In this document: in pieces, positions 55,605-64,000 of the stretch
How positions within the stretch are numbered: position 1 is the stretch's first letter
Layout: every line of letters begins with the position of its first letter
Source of the DNA: Macrostomum lignano
Taxonomy: Eukaryota
DNA length: 64,000 nucleotides
Assembly: GCA_002269645.1 (NCBI GenBank)
Contig: NIVC01001312.1
Span: forward strand, 1 to 64,000
Reading direction: 5' to 3'
Translations under genes and position numbers: made by a program
Notes under the pieces: model-generated
Database searches by the model: none
The model's input: only the letters and a program-made list of their open reading frames with translations
What the model was told of the DNA's origin: nothing

Positions 55605-56165
55605 AGTTGCTAGGCCAGCCTCCCAGATCCCCAGTTGCTGGGCCAGCCTCCCAGATCCTCAGTTGCTAGGCCAGCCTCCCAGATCCCCAGTTGCTGGGCC
55701 AGCCTCCCAGATCCTCAGTTGCTAGGCCAGCCTCCCAGATCCCCAGTTGCTGGGCCAGCCTCCCAGATCCCCAGTTGCTGGACAAGCCTCCCAGATCCTC
55801 AGTTGCTGGGCCAGCCTCCCAGATCCTCAGTTGCTGGGCCAGCCTCCCAGATCCCCAGTTGCTGGACAAGCCTCCCAGATTCCCAGTTGCTGGGCCAGCC
55901 TCCCAGATCCCCAGTTGCTGGACAAGCCTCCCAGATCCTCAGTTGCTGGGCCAGCCTCCCAGATCCTCAGTTGCTGGACCAGCCTCCCAGATCCTCAGTT
56001 GCTGGGCCAGCCTCCCAGATCCCCAGTTGCTGGGCCAGCCTCCCAGATCCTCAGTTGCTGGGCCAGCCTCCCAGATCCTCAGTTGCTGGACAAGCCTCCC
56101 AGATCCCCAGTTGCTGGGCCAGCCTCCTGGATCCCCAGTTGCTGGGCCAGCCTCCCAGATCCCTA
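55605..56165. repeat. 28 bp minisatellite CCAGCCTCCCAGATCCCCAGTTGCTGGG
   Basis: Directly visible. Confidence 0.95.
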
Positions 56166-56244
56166 GCTTCATCAGTCAGCACTGAACCCCGCAGGCAGCA
56201 GCAGCATTCGCACAGTGATGGCTTGAACGCATCGGCGGTGCACC

Positions 56245-56550
56245 AGCCCCACCACCACCCTGCCCCACCATCTACCATACCAATCTGGCTATCTACCATA
56301 CCAATCTGTCTATCTACCATACCAATCTGCCTATCTACCATACCAATCTGCCTATCTACCATACCAATCTGTCTATTTACCATACCAATCTGTCTATTCT
56401 ACTAGACTAATCTGCCTATCTACCATGCCAATCTGTCTATTCTACTAGACTAATCTCCCTATTGACCATACCAATCTGTCTATTCTACTAGACTAATCTC
56501 CCTATTTACCATACCAATCTGTCTATTCTACTAGACTAATCTGCCTATCT
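56245..56550. repeat. 21 bp minisatellite CTACCATACCAATCTGTCTAT
   Basis: Directly visible. Confidence 0.9.
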
Positions 56551-57344
56551 ACTAGGGGCCAAAAGAGAATGGAATAAAAATTATTTAATAAACTACATGT
56601 AGCTCCTTGACATCTCAGTCTTAACATCTCAGAAATTCTCCCGCAAGCCTTGATGACACTGTGAAAATGGATGCAGTGCTACTGACTTAGTCACAAAATA
56701 GAAATTTTAACACATGTTTTCTTTAAAGTCACTACAAAGTTAAATTCCTCCTACAAGAAGTGTTCCGCTCAAAGGACAAAAGAGGCTCAGAAAAAGTGTG
56801 GGACAAAGATTAGGAACGAACCATGTCACACATTTTGCTAAATTTTTTTACTGTAAGACTGTGGAAGTATTGAACGTTCTTTTAGAATAGTTATTCGATT
56901 AGAGCCTCATCTTTAAACTTTGTTGAGTTTGTGGTTTTAGGACAGTGTGTGGTAGGCCACTGCAAGCAGTGAGCTTCGCTCTTCATTAAGGCCATTGGAG
57001 ACAAACGGTAGTAGCACTGTGTTCGTGTGCATGTTTACTGAGGTCATGGTGACACTAGGCCGACAGGAAAGAATGTCTCAATACTCCACACGGTTAAAGA
57101 GAAAAAAAATCAATGCATAGCAACGTTAATTGGGCTCAGGTTTTTTAAAAACAAATCAAAAGTTTCCGATAATGCGGAGCCACAAACCGTTAAATCCATC
57201 GGAAGAAAACTGACCCATTGAAAATTAAAACTTAATTTGAGACTGGACGAAGCAAGAGACTTTAATTGTCTTCTATGCAGAAATACGAGTAAACTAATTA
57301 ACTAAGGTTACACATTTAATTTAATAGCACAAGTTGTAGCTGTG

Positions 57345-57765
<421 letters not shown>

Positions 57766-58098
57766 CGTGTACAGTTTGAAAATCTTAATGCATCAAAATG
57801 AATTTACGCTGACGAATTAAAAATCTAGCCCTGGGTGCCTTTAACGAGAACAAATTTTCCCTATCAAATTACAAATCGGTTTAATCCTAATGGAGCTTGA
57901 ATCGATTAAGATTCTCAAAGCTAAGGCAAAGTGACCGAAAAAACCACTTCAATAGTGGAAGCAAAGAAACCACGGCGCTTGGTTGAAAACTCAATAATGG
58001 CAAATCGACGATTCCTAACAAAAGCACACTGATGACAACTATTTAAGAAAATTAACTGACTTTGAAAAAGCAATTTTCTACTTCAGAGAAATCTAAAA

Positions 58099-61000
58099 AT
58101 GTACAGGTATATTTCACTCATTTTAAGCTCATTGCTATTTGGCTCCAGTGCGCTGGACTTCAAGATAGGCGTGATCACGGAGGCCGGGAACTTGAACAGC
58201 TCGCTCATCGACGTCGCCTTCGCCAGACGGGTCAACTACAACTGGAGAGTGCTGCAGGGCCACACACTCTCATATGTGCATGTCAATGTGAGCTCGTGCA
58301 GCTCACACCAGGCTGTCAGGACTGGTGAGTTGAAGCATTTGCTACGCGACTCAATCGCTGCTCTGCTCAACCTGCTCAATCAATGCACACAATTGAAGCA
58401 TGAATTGCACGAATGCAAGTGTGAGTGCGAGCTGTGAGACTGTGCATGTGTCTGTGTGTCTCGCTCCGCAGTGTGCTCGGAGAGCGGCCTGTCAGGTCTG
58501 ATTGGCGTCGGCAGCTGCTCTCTGCTGGATGAAGTGAGCTCACTGAGCAAGTCTCTGCAGCTGCCGCTGATCGCCCTGCCGACTGGACTGTGCGACTCTG
58601 CTCGGCTGAGCAAAGGTAACAGATCGACGTATGGCATTTTTGCATTTCTAATTATCTATCTTTATCCGGTTTCGACATGAAATCACGCGGAAATTGCAGA
58701 CATGACCATCGTTGGCAGCCACAGCTCGGAAAACATCGTCGGTGCAGCTGCTTCAATCGTTAACTCGGATTTCATAGTTAGCAGTGTGGGAATTTTCTAC
58801 GATGGTCTCCAGAGTGAGTGATGTGGTTAAAGGAAAATGTGACGTTTGCATTTTTGTTTTATAACTAGACATATCTTATTTAATCAAAACACAATTAGTA
58901 CTGGTAAATGTACTCCCATCATGATTCAAGTCTGCATTTGGTCACTGCAGGCACAACTGTGGTGCAGAACCTGCAGTCCAGCCTCTCCTCTGTCGGTGTG
59001 AGTAGTCTCACATTCCGAGTGGACGACACTGTCAACGCTTCTGTTACTCCTGACCTGGTGCACCACCTCAAGCGGCTGGTCAAGAAGAAAGTGTTCAAGC
59101 TGCTGCTGTTCGCCTCTCCTCGCAATGCTCTCAGTGTGCTCAGGCTCGCCAGGGAAGCTGCAGTGATGCAGCAGAACTACTTCTGGCTCGTGCTCGACAC
59201 CGGACTGTCCAAGGCCGATGTGCTCAGCGTGACGCCGACGAACGCGAACGTCGCTCTGCTGAGAGGCAGCGTGTTCACCGAGTGCACAGCAGCAGTGATG
59301 GATGTGTTTCCTCAGTGCCAGACGGACTGGCTTCGGGTGAGCGTTTCATGTGTGCTGCTTGATGGCTGCAGGGATTCATCATGCAGCTCCGCACGTGTGC
59401 AATGCATGCCTCTGTCGCACTCGATCTCGCACTCGATCGTCGCATTTGCATTCGACAGACTCTGGACGCTCGCTTCGTAGACGCCGTAGAAGCCATGGCC
59501 AAGGCGCTCAACGACTCGCTGCTGGATCCGGGATTCTCTCCCGGCAACGCCTCGTGTGCGCCACTGCGCCACTGGACATCGGGCTCGACTGTGTTCAACA
59601 GACTCATGAGTGTGAGTGAGCTCACTAGCTAGCAAGCATTGACAAGCATTATTAGTTTCGAGCTGGTCTCTTCCCAATCCTACTCGATGTGCAGATCAGC
59701 GACTATGACACTCAGCGAGGCCTGATCTCGTTCAACAGCTCGACCAGACACTTCAGCTCGCAACGAGTCGAAGTGGTCGCGTCCTACAATGAGCTGTGGT
59801 CGTCTCCGGTCTCGATGCTGAGGTCAGCTCAGTTCGATGCATTGAGCGGAGCTCTGAGCAAGCTGTTCCGCTACAAGGGAGTCAGCTTGGCATTCCCCAA
59901 CACCTTCATGGGGTTCAAGAACCAGACTATTATTATTTGTGCTCCTGAGGTATGTATGGCATGAGAACTGATTTGAATGTGTTTGAACTTTCTAACTACA
60001 AATTACATTCATCTCTGCATTGACTACTTCAGAGTGCTCCAATGACTGTGTTTTAGCAGAAGTTTGCAAACAAGACTGTTGTAATGAGTGGAATGGTTTT
60101 AGATTTGCTTCAGGTTTTATCAAAAAAGCTTGAGTTCAAGTAAGTTTGTGTTGACCTCGTTTGCCGTTTATATTGAATCGTACAAGTAGGAGTCCAAAGG
60201 CATCAGCATTGATTTTTAGGTTCATTACAAAGGACTCCCACGATGGAAACTGGGGCTCTCCTCAAAGCGACTCAGTGTATTTCACTGGATGTGTTGGGGA
60301 GCTCCAACGAGGCGTAAGTAGAATGATGTTTTTATTAAAGGCTAATCGATTCTAAGAAGCTTTTCGCAACGTTTTTAGGAAGCAGCAGTTGCAGCGGGTC
60401 CTTTCACAAAGACTACCATTCGTGACTCTGTCGTGGACTTTTCAGCACCACTTTTCGAAGAGTCCAATGCAATTCTAATCCCGAGACCGCCGCCAGAGTC
60501 AAAACTCTGGAACGTGTTTGCACCGTTTTCAATTGGAATCTGGATGATGATAGTTGCCGCCATGCTGGTGGCAGCATTTGTCACTTGGATAATAGCCTAC
60601 TTTTCGCCGTTCACGGCTTACACTTTGAATCTGGATTACGCAATCGCTGACGAGATCTGGCTGCAGGAGTACCTGTGGAGCATCATTGGCAGCTTTATGC
60701 AGCAAGGCCAGGACTTTTATCCATTCTGCATGTCCTCGAGAACTGTTCTGGCCTTCTGGTGGTTGTTTACAGTCATAATCTATGCTTCGTATACAGGTGA
60801 GACCTGGGGTTCCATAGTATTAGCTCAGTATTAGTATTGGTTTTTGCATGCTAAGTGGGACATTTTTCAAGCAATCTGAGACTGAATAGCAAAAACACTA
60901 TTGTCTATGGCCACCCCTCGCTGCAGCCCAGCTTTTTGGGCGCGCCTTGCAAGTAAATTGAGACATTTTTTCAAGCTAAGTGAGAACCATATTGAAAACA

Positions 61001-62897
61001 AAGGGGTGGTTTTACGAAATTACAAAATGATGTACTGTCGGAAACTATATATTTAGAAAAGGATACGCAGGAACACAACCAAACAAGCGGTACAAAAATT
61101 GTTGATAATGTTATAAGCGTTCAAATAAAGGGTTGCATGTTGATACACTGAGCAAACTTTCGAGTGCAGTGGAGCTCCCAGCCTGCGATCTTGTGCGGAG
61201 CAATGACATGCAGCGATTCTCTTCCAAGCCGATCCATCAGCATGTATCGCCAATCATCTCGTGTCATGCCTGGTGGGCAAACGTTTTCCTCAGCCACGAT
61301 TGCGGGCTCTACAAGGCGACGCTTAATCTCATTCTTAAGAGCGCTGTGCGCCATCTCCACGGGATTCAAAAACGGCGAGTACGCCGGGAAAATTTGCAGA
61401 CGAATGAGATCCTCAAACTGCTCAGGTATCTCAATCCCTTGGTGAAAATTTGGACCATCGAAAATGAGACTTTGTTTTCAATATGGTTCTCACTAAGCTT
61501 TAAAAAATTTCTCACTTTGCTTGCAAGGCGATCCCAAAAAGCTGGGCTGCAGCGAGGGGTGGCCATAGACAATAGTGTTTTTGCTATTCAGTCTCAGATT
61601 GCTTGAAAAATGTCTCACTTAGCATGCAAAAACCAATATTAGTCCATGGCTCTACACGTGTACTTGCTACACTGTAAATGGAAGTTGTAGAATATGTTAC
61701 AGTAAGCAGACTCTCTATAGCTTTTAATTTTTGCTTCCAGGTGATCTGACTGCGCACCTGACTGTAACGGTGACAGACTATCCAATCAAGACCCTTCAGG
61801 ACCTGGTGTCGCAGACAGCTATTAAGCCCTACGTTTCTGTTGGAACTAATCTGCACACTTTGCTGACTCAGTCGAACTCTGGAATTTACAAACAGATGGC
61901 CGACATGATGGTTGAGATTGGTCCGTACGAAGAATGCCCATCGTTTGTAAGTCCACTAAACGCTTGTTTATTAAATGCCAGAATATTTCCCAGCTTTTTT
62001 CAAATCACGAGTACACTGAATGATTTGATGCGTATTTTTTGTAACTTGGATTTTTCCTCATGTGTTGACAGCCTCGGAAAGCTGATGAAGGCTGCATGAA
62101 CGATTATTCATTTCTTCTGGCAATCGCAATGAAAAATTGTTCTGAATACTATGTGGCCGATGAGCTGTTCAACACGGCGACTTTGGCTTTCATGTTTCCG
62201 GAGGACGCATACTATGCGGATTCGTTTAATTTTCAGTGAGCAATTTTACTTAAAATTTATGACACGGGCTACTTTTCCTGCAGTACTGCTTCAAAATGCG
62301 CAAGATTTATTTTACTGAAGTAAAAACTTTCTATCAGAAAGGTGATGCAAACTTAGACACTGGAGTAGAGATCTAGACTTCATGTAAAGTGTTTTTCAGT
62401 GTTCTAGATCTGGCTTGAATTCCTAGTAGGAGAATGGTTTGATAAAATTGATATTTGGTTTTAAACTAAAAAACAATAGCTATTTGCAGTAGGTTATGAG
62501 CACCCTTACGTTGACATAAAATCCTAGTATTTATATATCCCTTTAATCTGCTAGAGCCCAAAGCAGAGACCTAGATGAGATGTCTTGAAGTTCCTAAGAT
62601 TAAAATAGCCTGACCTGCAGTTGGTTTGTCCACAGCTAAATTGGTTCAACGTAATTCAGATTGCAGAAGCTGCACGAGTCGGGTCAAATACAGCGCTGGT
62701 TCGAGTTCTATTGGTCCAGCGACACAGTTTGCACCGTTGGAAAATCAGCCGAAGCCGATGCTATTAACCTGGAAGGCGTAGGTGGCTGCTTCATCATCGC
62801 CCTGAGTCTGTTCGTGGCTGGACTTCTCATTTTGACGATTGAACTGATCTGGACTAATCTGGCCAAAAAGCAACCCCTTGACTGCCTGATTTACTGA
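58099..62897 (+). CDS. Ionotropic glutamate receptor-family paralog D, in-frame TAG at 60054-60056
   Basis: Signal peptide; shared ATD; VAAGPFTKTTIRDSVVDFS; SFMQQGQDF; YASYTGDLTAHLTV; MKNC; C-terminus AKKQPLDCLIY. Confidence 0.88.
60837..61636 (-). mobile_element. Non-autonomous IS630/Tc1/mariner element, ~165 bp TIRs, TA target duplication, retaining the C-terminal transposase fragment
   Basis: Long inverted repeats starting TTGGTTTTTGCATGCTAAG; TA on both flanks; minus-strand frame LIFDGPNFH...FPAYSPFLNPVEMAHSALKNEIKRR (DDE_3-type motif, D-x33-E by hand count). Lies in the intron after the M3 exon of paralog D. Confidence 0.85.
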
Positions 62898-63059
62898 TGC
62901 AGATCGTGAAAATTCCAGATTGGGCTACGATTTCTACGTGTTAATCAAGGTTGCTCTATTTCTGTGTGATAGAAGGTATTACTATGATACTTTTTAACAG
63001 ATAATGAAACCCTTTCAAATCAAATTACCTAAGACCAGTCACCGGTACTGGAATAACTA

Positions 63060-63710
63060 CACTCAGCAACAGTCAAAACCGCCACCCTACCGAGAGAGGC
63101 GACTTCTCTCTCACCTCACCTCAACTGCAAGTGACGTAACTTGCGCCACGGCGTGGCTAAAGCTGGGTGAGAGTGAATGCAGGAGAGGGCAATCAGGGGA
63201 TGCACTTTACTTAGCAGATTAGATGTTGCCCCATCTGCTTCTTTCACCCCACATTAGACGGAGCAGGTAGCTGGCGCGGTCGGAGTTCGCCTGACAATCC
63301 GCAGCAGACGTCGATTTGCCCTGGCTGTTGAGCCGCGGAGATCATGGCGCTAGCTGCCTATGGCTGCGTACTGAACACTACCAGTCTCTTGGGACTTCGT
63401 TAACAGCGCTCGAATTGTTGAACGTGATCGGCCAAATTGGCGAGCAGCTGCGCTGATGGTTGCACCAGCTTCTAGCATGCCAACAGCGCGCCATCGTTCA
63501 GCGTCTGTCATATGCCTGACCATTTTCACGTGTACAGTGAATTGAATGTTGCACCCCCAACCCCAACCCCAGTCCCTTTTGTACTCTCACCCTGAAATTC
63601 ACTCTCACCCAGCTTTAGCCACGCCGTGGCGCAAGTTACGTCACTTGCTGTTTAGGTGAGAGAGAAGTCGCCTCTCTCGGTGGGGTGGCGGTTTCGACTG
63701 TTGCTGAGTG
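63060..63710 (-). mobile_element. Non-autonomous Tc1-like element, ~125 bp TIRs, retaining the N-terminal HTH transposase fragment
   Basis: TIR CACTCAGCAACAGTC...GCTAAAGCTGGGTGAGAGTGAAT inverted at ~63595-63710; minus-strand ATG 63523 MVRHMTDAERWRAVGMLEAGATISAAARQFGRSRSTIRALLTKSQETGSV, then an in-frame stop. Confidence 0.85.
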
Positions 63711-64000
63711 TGGATATATCACTCGCAAGTCAACCAACCAACTCAAACACTCTTTTTCAGTAGAAGAATCTGAGTTTTCTGATTTTATAACAGTAAAACA
63801 ATACATGTAAATTAATGTACTTTAAACATATTTAAAAATTTAGCATCTGCAAAAATCGCATCTGGCTTTCTAATAGCGGATCCATTAAATTAGCATCTTC
63901 ATCCTGTTTTACCTACCCCCCCCAGACAAGCCTTAGACTTGAAATTTTTTGAAAAGGAAATCAGCTTAAGTCTGAGGATTCTATAAAAATTCAAAACACC

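Overview
Eukaryotic (animal) genomic DNA, not prokaryotic: genes have GT-AG introns, GC-rich exons and introns packed with minisatellites. The style resembles a free-living flatworm such as Macrostomum, but this is inference and unverified. Contents: (1) a large multi-exon 12-TM adenylyl-cyclase-like gene on the minus strand (ATG 19672, running off the left edge) whose catalytic residues are largely lost; (2) an intronless putative secreted Cys-rich protein (25146-26054); (3) a Rab34/36-family GTPase whose first recognisable coding exon lies within about 30-40 nt of that gene's stop and lacks its own ATG; (4) four ionotropic glutamate receptor-family paralogs (A + 35020-40907, B - 48051-43595, C + 50597-54490, D + 58099-62897); (5) two SINE families, Tc1/mariner and hAT-like non-autonomous elements and many tandem repeats. 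The four receptors share an almost identical amino-terminal domain region, introns included, but have strongly diverged signal peptides, ligand-binding domains and channel halves. Exon boundaries were derived by hand and may be off by a few bases. No database searches were run.
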